Of a stretch of DNA of 64,000 nucleotides, positions 52,417-64,000 are shown one piece after another. Each line of letters begins with the position of its first letter. Positions within the stretch are counted from its first letter, which is position 1. Made by a program: the position numbers and the translations under genes. Origin of the DNA: the human T2T-CHM13v2.0 reference genome, Homo sapiens; assembly GCF_009914755.1 (NCBI RefSeq), contig NC_060936.1. One strand, 5' to 3'. Under the pieces are notes generated by a model, which was not told the origin of the DNA, searched no databases, and saw only the letters and a program-made list of their open reading frames with translations.

Positions 52417-53879
52417 CCAAAATCCAAAAGGCAAGGGAGGGGCTGGAGTGAAACTTACTATGTGTGGTCCACTTACCTTTCCCCTATCTATTTTTTCTAG
52501 TGAATCTAGAGAACTCTTTTTTCACCAAAACCCTGAGAAATGCATAGGTAAAGGGAGCACCAAGATGTCTGATAAACTCTGTAAGTCAGGAATGCTGCCG
52601 GGAAACATTACTACTGAAAATAGCTCCCTGATTCTAACAAGACAGATGGAATCCTGGAATAATAGAGGTCAAGTGGAATACTTAATTGCCAGTGACAAGG
52701 TGTGGATAATTACTGAGATGTACAGCCAGGCTGCAGCAATAATCTGAATGGCTTGACCTACAGAAACCTTTGTTAATGATTAAATGATCATGGTGACCCT
52801 GCAACTGGTATAAATGGACATTCTACTAAAGTCTTACTTGATTTCTAAAAGCAAAGTGAGTCACAGCCCACAATGCTCTTGCCAGCTAGAATCAATCCAC
52901 AGACTGAATGAAGTGGTTCTCTTTGAGGAAGCATCCTATTACACTGCCAAAAATTTACACGGAAACATTCCTCCTAGCCTAACCAAAGGGACCTGTGTTC
53001 ATTTTCTAGGGCAGCCATGCATGGGAAAAAAGGGAGAAAATACCTAAACTTTTCAAGGATTACTACCCTATATATATGAAATGATGCTAAACCCTTGGGA
53101 CTCCAAATCTCACTGGGTTCCACTGGCCCATCAGAGTGCGGAATTACGGCAGTCAAGTGAAAAATGGACTTTTGGCTCAGATCCATCCTACAGTAGGCCC
53201 AGTGGATTCCTGAACCCATTGTCTAGCAAGGCCATGTGTCTGTAACAAAGAACAATTAACCATTCAAAAAGCATCTCTTGGATGGCACTGGGTCGCAGTA
53301 GAGAATATGAACATAACCATGAAACATTGAACGACCGTGCAACCAGATACGCTCATCATGAGCTAGGCATTGTCAAACCTACAAGTCATACATTTGCATG
53401 AGACACAGGAGCAAAGGTATATATTAAGATTGGACACAGGTAAATTACATGACCCAAACCTTATGTCATCTGTCTACGTTACATTTATTCCTCTTCCTCT
53501 GCTCACATTTATTGCCTGATGGGGAATTTCCTGTGATCAGTTGCCAGAAGATGGAAGAAACCCAGGTTTGGTTCATTGGTGAAATTGACATGAGTCTGTT
53601 TGTGGGTTTGTTTTTCCTGCCTACCACTAGCACCACTACCAGCTGTACTGTTATCCAATAACTCATCTATCATCATGGGTTCCTTTATAATATATCCTTT
53701 GACCAAAAGACTCATTTTACATTGAAAGAAGAATAACAATGTGTACACAACTATGGGGTACATTTGTCCTACAGAAAACCACATCACCAGAGCCTGCTAG
53801 CCTATTAAATGTAAAGCTGAGGTTCCAGCTTGGGTGTCATACACAATAGGGTTAGGATGCTTTTCTTCAAGATGAGTTC

Positions 53880-54180
53880 AGGCACGTAATGAGGGATGGT
53901 AGAGGAACTTGAGGATACTTGTAGGGAAATTGGCTTTTCTTTCTGAGTGAAATGGGATGCCATTAGAGAGTTTGAACAAAAGAGTGAAATGGCTTATGTT
54001 GTACAGAAACCACTCCGACTGAAGTGGAGCAAGGGCAGAGCAGGATGACCAGTAGGTGACCTATTGTAATAAGCTATGCAAGAGACGATGATAGTTTCGC
54101 CCAGCTGGGAGCAATGCAGGTGGTGACAAATGATTGGATTTGGGCTATAATTTGATGTTAAAGCCACAGAATTTCTTCTT
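53880..54180 (-). mobile_element. L2 fragment
   Basis: ttggcttttctttctgagtgaaatgggatgccattagagagttttg...gcaagagacgatgatag; similar to the L2 at ~30940-31140. Confidence 0.65.
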
Positions 54181-54545
54181 TTAATTTGCATTAATTTACT
54201 AGTGAGTTAAACATTTTATCAGGTAGATGGATCACATGCATGCTTTCTTTGTGATTTTCCAATGTATATGTTCCATCATAATAAAAAATGGCAGCCCAAT
54301 GAAGGAAACAATTTTGACACTTATTTTCACTCAGTAAACAGATTCAAAATCCCCCAAACAGGACATTTGAAGACTTTCAGATTATGTTGCCTTTTCTCTA
54401 TAAAAGTCTCTTGAAAAAAAACTCAAACCTTCATTAAGCTTTCCTTTAGAATGTTTGGTTTGTGTCAATCCATCTGAAACCTGATTTTTTTTAAAATATT
54501 TTCTTTTATACTATTTTAAGTCCTTACATACCAGTTATTTGTGAT

Positions 54546-54942
54546 TGTTATGGACTGAATTTTATCTCCCACCCTCAAATTTATGTTGAAGCCCTAACCC
54601 CCAATATGACAGGGTTTGGAGATAGGGCCTTTAATGAGGCAAGGTTAAATGAGGTCATAAGTGTAGAGCCCTAATCCAATAGAATTGATGTCATTGCAAA
54701 AAGAAGAAGAGAAACCAGGGAGCTCTCCCTCTGTCCAAGCAAGTACAGAGAAAAGGCCATATGAAGACACAATGAGAAGGTGGCAATCTGCAAGCCAGAA
54801 AGAAAGGCTTCACCAGAAACCAACCCTGACAACACCTTGATCTTGGTCTTCTAGCCTCCAGAACTGTGGGTACATAAATTTCTGTTGTTTAAGCCACCTA
54901 GTTTGTGATATTCTGTGATGGCAACTCTTGTAACTAAATACA
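54546..54942 (+). mobile_element. MaLR solo LTR, MLT1A/MLT1B-like
   Basis: tgttatggactgaat...gttgaagccctaacccccaa...ctagcctccagaactgtg...aagccacctagtttgtg...taca. Confidence 0.85.
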
Positions 54943-55903
54943 CTTTATATATTTGGACACATGGCAATTGTTAAATAAAGTTTTGTTGAATTGATCAGAG
55001 GTGAAAATTAAAGTATCTAGGATGGTTATAAAAAAGAAGCAGCATATCCAACACTGAATAAAATAGGAGGTTCTGTCTGTGTAAACAGGAAGTTTTGACC
55101 TCCAAATATTCTGCAAGTATTTACTGTTTGAAACCTTGAAGATATTTTCCTTTAGGAATAATGTGATAGTTACTAGTGAGATTTAGCCGGTTCAGATATT
55201 TTCATAGTCCATTATTTGCTCCCACTCCCCTTCACCATGATTATTTTCTTATCATTGAAGTTTCAGCATAAATACTATTTCTCAAAGAGGTTTTTATCTC
55301 ACGCACACTACCTGGAGTTGCCCTAGTCACTCTGTCTCATTATCCTGGTATATTTTCTCCATAACATTTACCTCATTCTCAAGTTACATGTTTGTTTTCT
55401 TTTCTTATTTCTCATGAAAATATAAATTCCGCATTACCTTGTTTCTTGCTCACTGCCATATTTCTAGCATCTAAAAAACATCATATTCAATAAATATTAT
55501 GTGAGAGAAATATTTTCAGAACTGACTCAAGAAATCATAGAACCAAATTTGTGGTTTACAATATGGCCCACATTCTGTGAATTAACTTCAATTAATCCAA
55601 CATTTCTACCCATATTTTCCTTTAGCATTAATCTTAGTTCATCTCACCATGTTACGTACTTTGTAGATTGTCCTTTTATCTAAATATCATTGTAAATTGT
55701 TATAAACGTGTTTTGAAGTAAGAAAGCATATAAATAAGCAAACAAAAATCAAAGTTAAAATCCGAGATTTTTATTCAAAAGGTGTTTACTCTGTCATGAA
55801 AATGAAGTAGACCACAGAAGGAGTGTTTTGACTATAAATGAGAACTACGTGCTATGTAGTATTTCTCCTAATGGCTTAAATATACTAGTTTGATTTTTCC
55901 AAC

Positions 55904-56435
55904 TGTAGTAGCCTGCTGTTGTTCCCTGCCACCTACCCTTTTCTATGATTCATTATGTGCATTTCTCTGCCTTCCTCTCCATCCCACAGGGCTGACCTCC
56001 AGAGCTACATTGCTCAAGTCCTCTTGCCATCTGGCTTCCAGTTGGATTCAGCCAATGGCAGGAACTCACAGGAAAATGGAGGATGGGAGGAGACAGAAGT
56101 TGAGTATTTATCACCCTGGGTTCATGCCCATACGCTCTTCCTGCCTTGCCACTGTCCTGACAGTGACAACCTTCTGCTTTGACCTTGGATCCCATCAGAC
56201 CCTTTGTCTTCCACAGCTCCAGCATCCTTCATGGTTTAGGAACATCATTCCTTCCCCTTACTCTCTCAGACCTAAGGGTGGCAATGACTTCCCACTGTTG
56301 CTAATCTCTAAGGTGTTTTATCTCCTTGGCTTCCTTAGTCTTGGCCCACACAAATAATTCCTTCATTTACCACTCTTTAGTTAAACTCTTTGAATATGCC
56401 ATCTCTTTCTTGCCAGCAAGGAACCTGACTGCATC
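55904..56435 (+). mobile_element. ERVL solo LTR, LTR33-like
   Basis: ctcttgccatctggcttccagttggattcagccaatggcagg...cttcccactgttgctaatc...tttgaatatgccatctctttcttgcc. Confidence 0.7.
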
Positions 56436-57321
56436 TAATAATGAAAAGTTCCCTGGCTGTGTTTTGGTAGAAGAGGGAAGTAGTAAAGCTACTCCTAACT
56501 ATACCTTCATTCAGTACATATTGAGTATGTAAGATATGCAATGCACTGTGCTCTCTGCTATAATAGCTACAATGCTGCATAAAACATGACTTCTGTTCTC
56601 AAGGGAATAGTTAAACAAAGGGGAAAGTAACATAAATTTTTCTGTTTATTCTGATGTCAAAAGGAATGGTTATTTTTGTCTCTATATTGGCTGAGATCCC
56701 CAAATCTGAGAACAAAGGATATTAGTACCTTTTCACAATAAAAAAATGTGTCAGAACATCCTTATAGAACTTTGTAAGAGATGACCCCCAAAATATCAGG
56801 CAACACTTAGCCATCACTCATTTTCAGAGTACATAAGGATAGGGGAGAAAGAAGATGTCAAGAGAATCTTACTGGTACCTACTACAATGTTTTATAAATA
56901 TGAGAGATTTGGGAACTAGTATCTGACTTACGTCTGAAAAACAGTCTAAATGTAAAAAGCTGGCTGGGTCTTTTTTATTATAGAATATTCAGAAGAATGC
57001 ACCTCAATCTCATCTGTGGTGGAGGAAAGGTGTGCTTCCCTGGGGCCAAATGAAAACTCTGATGAAGGGATATGATTCTGAATTGTCTTGGAAGAAACTG
57101 TGCAAAACCTTAAACAGGGAAAAGTGGACTTAAAGACTCCAGGGTTTGGGTAAGAGGCATAAGGAGCTAGTGCATTGAAGCCAAAGTTCTTAGTGGACAA
57201 ATCTCTGAGGAACTCATTATAGGAAGGATCAGCATTTAGACAAGTGTTCCTATGCCAGACTGCACATTTACCAGTCAAGCAGTATCTTTGTATCTACCCT
57301 CACCTATTTTCTTCTCCCCAT

Positions 57322-57670
57322 TTCAGTGGACTGAAAGCTTATGTTTTCCCAAAATTTGTTGGTTGAAATCTTAATCCCCAAGGTGATGGTATTAGGAAGT
57401 GAGGCCTTTGGAAGAGTTCTGCCCTCATGATTGAGATTAGTGTCTTTATAAAAGAGACCCCAGAGGGTTAGAAGCTAGCGAGTCCCTTTCACCATGGGAA
57501 GACAGAGCAAAAAAGTGCCATCTATATGCCAGAAGGTTGAGCCCCACCAGATACCCAGTCTGCCTTGATCTTGGACTTCCCAGCCTCCAGAATTGTGAGA
57601 AATAAATGTCTGTTTTTATAAGCCACTCAGTTTATGATATTTTGCAATAGCACCTAAATAGACTAAGATA
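57322..57670 (+). mobile_element. MaLR solo LTR, MLT1A0-like
   Basis: gttgaaatcttaatccccaaggtgatggtattaggaagtgaggcctttgg...ttggacttcccagcctccagaattgtgagaaataaat...gactaagata. Confidence 0.85.
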
Positions 57671-58019
57671 CCATTCCATTCCCAGAAGAACCCTGAGACT
57701 ACACAGTGAATGGAGGTGATGAGTAAGAAGTCAAGGTGGGGAAAATAAGATTTCTCAGGCTGAGCTGTGAGAAGAAATAAGTTTGAATTTGATGAGAGAT
57801 TGAAGATTTAATAGAAAATTAGATAATTTGTTTATGTTTGAAAATGAAGATAAAGGATTTGGGATAAACCCAGAATATCACAGGATTGAGAAAAGACTTA
57901 GAATACCATGAAAGAAATGCAGTGGTATGAAAAAATGAAGTTGCTTTTTGGTTGGCCTCTATCTAATCCAATTTACTCAATAACCTCATTAATACTATAA
58001 CCAAAGGAAGAATAAGTGT

Positions 58020-58368
58020 TATATTAGTCTGTTCTCACGTTGCTAATAAATACATACCCAAGACTGGGTAATTTATAAAGGAAAGAGGTTTAGTTGACTC
58101 ACAGTTCCACATGGCTGGGGAGGCCTCACAATAATGGCTGAACGGGAAGCAAGACATGTCTTACATGGTGGCAGGCAAGGGAGCTTGTGTAGGGGAACTT
58201 CCATTTATAAAACCATCAGATCTTGTGAGACTTATTCACAACCACGAGAACAGTATGGGGGAAACCCCCGCCATGATTCAACTATTTCCACCTGGACCTG
58301 CCTTTGGCCTGTGGGGATTATTACAATTAAAGGTGAGATGTGGGTGGGGACACAGCCAAACCCCATCA
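58020..58368 (-). mobile_element. THE1 (THE1B-like) solo LTR
   Basis: tattagtctgttctcacgttgctaataaa...gggtggggacacagccaaaccccatca. Perfect 5-bp TSD agtgt (58015-58019 / 58369-58373). Confidence 0.93.
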
Positions 58369-59220
58369 AGTGTGACAGGAGAAAGATCTCAAATTTACAT
58401 TTCAGCTTGAGTAAGACCATGTTTGCTCAGGCAATAGATATAACTACATTAATTAAATTGACCAGTTCCTACTAACCTGTTGGTAAAAATCATATACAAA
58501 ATGGATATTTTATTTCATTTAGCTGAGATAATTTTTTGCCATATTACCCAAAGAATTCCAAGACTGTATTCAAACTTGCAGCAAAATTTGCAGCAATTTT
58601 TTAAAAACCACTTTTGCTAACTCTACTTTTGAATTTTCTTGTATATCAACCCTCTCATATGATTTTAATTTTTCTGGATCCAGGATCTAGGAAATTCAAG
58701 CATCAGACAGGCAACTTAGAGATAGTACAAACAATAGTAATATAGTAATAATAGAAGTAGTGCAATAATAATAAATTTTAAAGTGCTAGACGCTTATGAA
58801 ACTACTACGTGCTTCAAATGTGAAATATTTTAAAATTTCAAGATTCCTCGGATATACTAGATAATATTGTTTCAATTTCCAGATAAGTGCATATGTTCTT
58901 AAAAGTCAGACCTGAGTAAGATTAAAAGAAAAAATAGCAGTTCTCAACTGCAAAAGGCCGTTAGTTTATAACGAAAGCAGATTTCATTGAGACTATGATT
59001 TGTGAATTTTTCTTTTCCTAGCACTTAATAAAGACCCTAACATAACCAATTTAGAGTAGACCATTCAACAGGTATTTGTTAAATGAATTAATAATGAAAA
59101 ATGTTGAATGAATATCTAAAAGACTGAATTTCTATACTTTGTAACAGAGGTTAAATAATATAAATAAAATTTAAATCCTTGAAAAATGCCTATCTCAAGT
59201 AAATATAAATTAATATGTGA

Positions 59221-62069
59221 CAAAAAATGACAAAGAGGCTATCACCACTGATCCCACCTAAATGCAAACTACCATCAGAGAATATTATAAACATCTCTAC
59301 ATAAATTAACTAGAAAATCTAAAAGAAATGGATAAATTTCTCCTAAGACTAAACCAGAAAGAAGTTGAATCCCTGAATAGACCAATAACAAGTTCTGAAA
59401 TTGAGGCAGTAATTAATAGCCTACCAACCAAAAAAAGCCCAGGACCAGACGGATTCACAGCTGAATTCTACCAGAGATAAAAAGAGGAGCTGGTACCATT
59501 CCTTCTGAAACTATTCCAAGCAATTGAAAAGAAGGGACTCATCCCTAACTCATTTTATAAGGCCAGCACCATCCTGATACCAAAACCTGGCAGAGACACA
59601 ACAAAACAAGAAAACTTCAGGCCAATATCCCTGATGAACATCAATGTGAAAATCCTCAATAAAATACTGGTAAACCAAATCCAGCAGCTTATCAAAAAGC
59701 TTATCCACCACAATCAAGTCAGCTTCATCCCTGAGATGCAAGGCTGGTTCAACATATGCAAATCAATAAATGTAATCCATCACATAAACAGAACCAATGA
59801 TAAAAACCACATGATTATCTCAATAGATGCAGAAAAGGCCTTTGATAAAATTCAACACCACTTCATGCTAAAAACTCTCAATATACTAGGTATTCATATA
59901 ACATATCTAAAAATAATAAGAGCTATTTATGACAAACCCACAGCCATCATACCGAATGGGCAAAAGCTGGAAGTATTCCCTTTGAAAACCAGCACAAGAT
60001 AAGGATGCCCTCTCTCACCACTCCTATTCAACATAGTATTGGAAATTCTGGCCAGGGCAATTCAGCAAGAGAAAGAAATAAAGCGTATTCAAATAGGAAG
60101 AGAGGAAGTCAAATTGTCTCTGTTTGCAGGACGACATGATTCTATATTTCGAAAACCCCATCATCTCAGCCCAAAAACTTAAGCTCATAAGCAACTTCAG
60201 CAATGGCTCAGGATACAAAATCAATGTGCAGAAATCACAACCACTCCTATACACCAACAACAGAGAAGCAAAGAGCCAAATCATGAATGAACTCCCATTC
60301 TCAATTGCTATAAAAAGAATAAAATACCTAAGAATACAGCTAACAAGGGATGTGAAGGACCTCTTCGAGGAGAACTACAAACCACTGCTCAAGGAAATAA
60401 GGGAGGACACAAACAAATGGAAAAACATTCCATCCTCATGGATAGGAAGAATTAATATCATGAAAATGGCCATACTGCCAAAGTAATTTATAGATTCAGT
60501 GCTATTCCCAGCAAACTAACACTGACATTCTTCACAGAATTAGAAAAAAAACTATTTTAAATTTCACATGGAACCAAAAAAAAAGAGCCCATATAGCCAA
60601 GACAATCCTAAGCAAAAAGAACAAACCTGGAGGCATCATGTTACCTGACTTCAAACTACACTACCAGGCTACAGTAATCAAAACAGCATGGTACTGGTAC
60701 CAAAACAGACATATAGACAAATGCAACAAAACAGAGACCCCAGAAATAACACCACACATCTACAACCATCTGGTCTTCAACAAACTGGACAAAAACACAA
60801 TGAGGAAAGGATTCCCTATTCAGTAAATGGTGCTGGGAAAACTGGCTAGCCATATGAAGAAAACTGAAACTGGATCCCTTCCTTACACCTTATACAAAAA
60901 TTAACTCAAGATGGATTAAAGACTTAAATGTATAACCCAAAACCATAAAAACCCTAGAAGAAAACCTAGGCAATACCATTCAGGACATAGGCATGGTCAA
61001 AGACATCATGGCAAAAATGCCAAAAGCAATTGCAACAAAAGCCAAAATTAACAAATGGGATCTAATTAAACTTCAGAGCTTCTGCACAGCAAAAGAAACT
61101 ATCATCAGTGTGAACAGGCAACCTACAGAATGGGAGAAAATTTTTGCAATCTACCCATCTGACAAAGGTCTAATATCCAGAATCTACAAGGAACTTAAAT
61201 CTACAAGAAAAAAAAAACATCAAAAAGTGGGCAAAGTATACGAACAGACAGTTCTCAAAGGAAGACATTCATGCTGCCAACAAATATGAAAAAAAGCTCA
61301 ACATTACTGATCATTAGATATATGCAAATCAAAACACAATGAGATACTATCTCATGCCAGTCAGAATGGCAATTATTAAAAAGTCAAGGAACAATAGATG
61401 CTGGTGAGGCTGTGAAGAAATAGGAATGCTTTTACACTGTTGGTGGGAGTGTAAATTAGTTCAACCATAGCAGAAGGCAGTTTGGTGATTCCTCAAGGAT
61501 ATAGAACCAGAAATAACATTTGACCCAGTCATCCCATCACCTGGTATATGCCCAAAGGAATGTAAATCATTCTACTATAAAGACACAAGCACATGTATGT
61601 TTGTTGCAGCACTATTTACGATAGCAAAGACATGGAACCAACCCAAATGCCCATCAGTGATAGATCAGATAAAGAAAATGTGGTACATATATACCATGGA
61701 ATACTATGTAGCCATAAAAAGGAATGAAATTACGTCCTTTGCAGGGACATGGATCAAGCTGGAATCCATTGTCCTCGTCAAACTAACACAGGAACAGAAA
61801 ACCAAACATAACATGTTCTCACTCATAAGTAGGAGTTGAATGATGGCAACACATGGACACAGGGAGGGGAACAACATGCACCAGGACCAGTCGGGTGGTG
61901 GGTGGCAAGGGGAAGGAGAGCATTAGGACAAATGGCTGATGCATGGGGGGCTTAAAACCTAGATGATGGATTGATAGGTGCAGCAAACCACCGCACATGT
62001 ATACCTATGTAACAAACTTACACATTCAGCACTTGTATCCCGGAACTTAAAGTAAAATAATTAAATAAA
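59221..62069 (+). mobile_element. 5'-truncated L1PA8-L1PA10-like element
   Basis: ORF2 RT and C-terminal fragments (59634-61839). 3' UTR cattaggacaaat...ggcttaaaacctagatga...cccggaacttaaagtaaaa. Possible degenerate TSD aaattaatatgtga / aaactcatatgtaa. Confidence 0.93.
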
Positions 62070-63599
62070 AAACTCATATGTAACTATTTCATCTCATTGA
62101 TTTTAGCACTACTTATTTGCTGCTAAATGTGATAAACATTCAGCTCAGCAATTAAGAATATTAAAATCTTGACAATCATGATGCCCTAATTTAGGTTAAT
62201 TTGGGATCTATTAAAATCTGATTGAAATTTTAACCCTGTGAGAGAGATATTAACATTCAACAATATTTTTTTTAAGCCAGAAAACATAAGGCACCCTGAC
62301 GGTAAGGACCTGATCTAAATGGATGAAAACTGTGAAACTGAACAGTGATTTCTAGCAACAGCTCTTAAGTAGTTGTAATAGAGGGTGTTCTGCACAATTC
62401 CCAAAGCATAACATGACATATTTGGCATTCTGTCTGTTGCATAGATGAAACGAGCTCACAGTTCTCTAACTCCAAATTCAGCTCCAATTGCCACATCCTC
62501 CGTGGAACCTTCACTGAACTTCACAGACCAATGTAGTCTCTCCACCCTCTGTGCTCCTGTAGAACTTAGTTTAAACCGTTAAATCAGTAAAGAGCTGGGT
62601 TAAAAAAAAAAAAGCAAAAAATATTAATATGAATGAGGACAGGACAATAATGTCCAATAGATTTTAGTCATTTCTGGATTAGTGTCCTGAGTTCATCCCT
62701 GGATTTCATCTTTAGAACAGAATAATGCAACAACATGCAGATTTCCATGAGAAAGAAATAGGAAGAGGAAGACAGAAATGGCCAACTGTTGATTTAACAT
62801 CCTTTCCAGGAAACCTGCAGCTTGTATCTTGTTCAGGATATAAACAAATCTAAATACTAAAGGATTGTGGTGGTATTTGGGATATGCGTGACTGCTAAGG
62901 AGGCTTAGATACAGCATTTGTTTTTAAGAAGATGGCAAATTTGTGAAGAAGTAGTCAGAGTTTCAGCTGCAATGCCTATTGCTTCATTTAGCAGAATATG
63001 GAAGATCAACAGACATGCAGACCCTGGAGTCACTTCTTGTCTCAGGAAATGCTCTTTTCCTTAACCCTATGCACTGCTACATCCTATGCTGTTTTCACCT
63101 TCCGTATTTGAGAGTGGTACAAATAAGTGTAAAGTTTTATATGTACACATATACATATTTATATAATTAGCTAAAATATATAACAGTGGGCAAAAATTAT
63201 TGTAAAGGTAATATTGGAAAATAGAAGGCTATCCAAATAAAGAGTTATCCTCAAATCTCAAAACATAAACTAAGCATTAGACTGGGTGTAAGAAGGGCTG
63301 AAAGTTGAAGTAAATAGTCTTGTGCATTTCAGTGGATTCTTTCTAATGGGGATAATAAAACCAAATATCCAAGTGTACTTTAGAAAAAGCAGTGATTTTG
63401 TGAGAAACCTTTTTAAATTATTGTACACTTATTACCCCAATTTTTTTAATAAGGTGCCATCTCTATTTGCAAAGGGAGGAACAAAAATATATATCATCTG
63501 CTGGCAGTGGACTCAAATAAGAGAATTTCAATTGTTCCAAATTTTAATGGCTTATTTACATAATTCAGTCCTATTTAAAAATCTCTGACTGGTAACAAA

Positions 63600-63810
63600 G
63601 ACAACTGAGTTTGGACCCAGGTATTTGCACTAAAGCATTGACACTTTAGATGTTTACTTTCTAATCTCTCTTAACCATAAATTTTTCCTTCTGTATTTGG
63701 GGATAATATATTACAGAATTTGGGAAGTAACTTTTAACAATATATGAAAAGCACTTGGTTAAGTGCCAGGTAGCTTGGAGGCCTCAACAAATTTTAGTAA
63801 TAGCTATGGA
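63600..63810 (+). mobile_element. MIR SINE
   Basis: ttttccttctgtatttggggataata...atatgaaaagcacttggttaagtgccagg...cctcaacaaattttag. Confidence 0.55.
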
Positions 63811-64000
63811 GGCTATCTTAATTTTCAGTGGAAAACAATCACATCTTTTAGTCACATCTGATTCAACAAAATGATTTGGAGAAACGGTACTTAAGGGACT
63901 CACTGTTAGATAAGATCTGAATTCAATGGTTCTCTAAGCTGCAGCTTTGAGGGAGACATGCCCTGAGGTTGTCTCAATGGAATAGTTACAGCTATTACAG

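Larger units (their letters stand above)
51590..53875 (+). mobile_element. ERVL-class internal sequence (decayed gag/pro and pol remnants)
   Basis: actgggatggtgacatctg (WDGDIW-like), tgaatttatt...cattaaccagagat (EFID..LTRD-like), then protease-, RNase H- and integrase-like remnants (tttgaccaaaagactcattttaca). No intact ORF. Confidence 0.6.

Noticed and set aside
52331-52747. 138-aa ORF as a possible domesticated ERVL gag
   Set aside because: Starts inside a MER58 insertion and runs into decayed gag with stops on both sides; no sign of ORF preservation.
55890-56357. 155-aa ORF
   Set aside because: Lies almost entirely within an LTR33-like solo LTR, has a TTG start and no protein-like features.

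Overview
AT-rich primate genomic DNA, almost certainly human: it carries an Alu with all five AluYa5 diagnostic positions. It looks intergenic or deep-intronic. I found no protein-coding exon, RNA gene or CpG island. Well over half of the window is transposable-element debris: a full-length but disrupted L1PA5-like element (10311-16792), several truncated L1PA/L1PB/L1MA/L1ME copies mostly on the + strand, about 10 Alus, MaLR solo LTRs (MST, MLT1, THE1), LTR26, LTR33, an ERVL internal segment, Tigger2b, MER58/MER5, L2 and MIR. Every ORF in the track that I can assign is a TE fragment or its antisense shadow. I see no evidence for a new gene system. The notable signals are traces of insertion and repair events: (1) a 36-bp identical block with three shared non-consensus bases in two L1s of different subfamilies 27 kb apart, which looks like ectopic gene conversion; (2) an AluYd and a 5'-inverted L1PA2 stacked at one endonuclease site, leaving three target-site copies; (3) a ~3-kb gap in that inverted L1; (4) a young AluYa5 in L1 ORF1; (5) an Alu without a TSD replacing ~60 bp of L1; (6) a 35-bp template-switch micro-inversion; (7) a possible ~680-bp inversion; (8) a closely spaced inverted Alu pair. 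Subfamily calls come from remembered consensus motifs, not from RepeatMasker, and boundaries of old elements are approximate.
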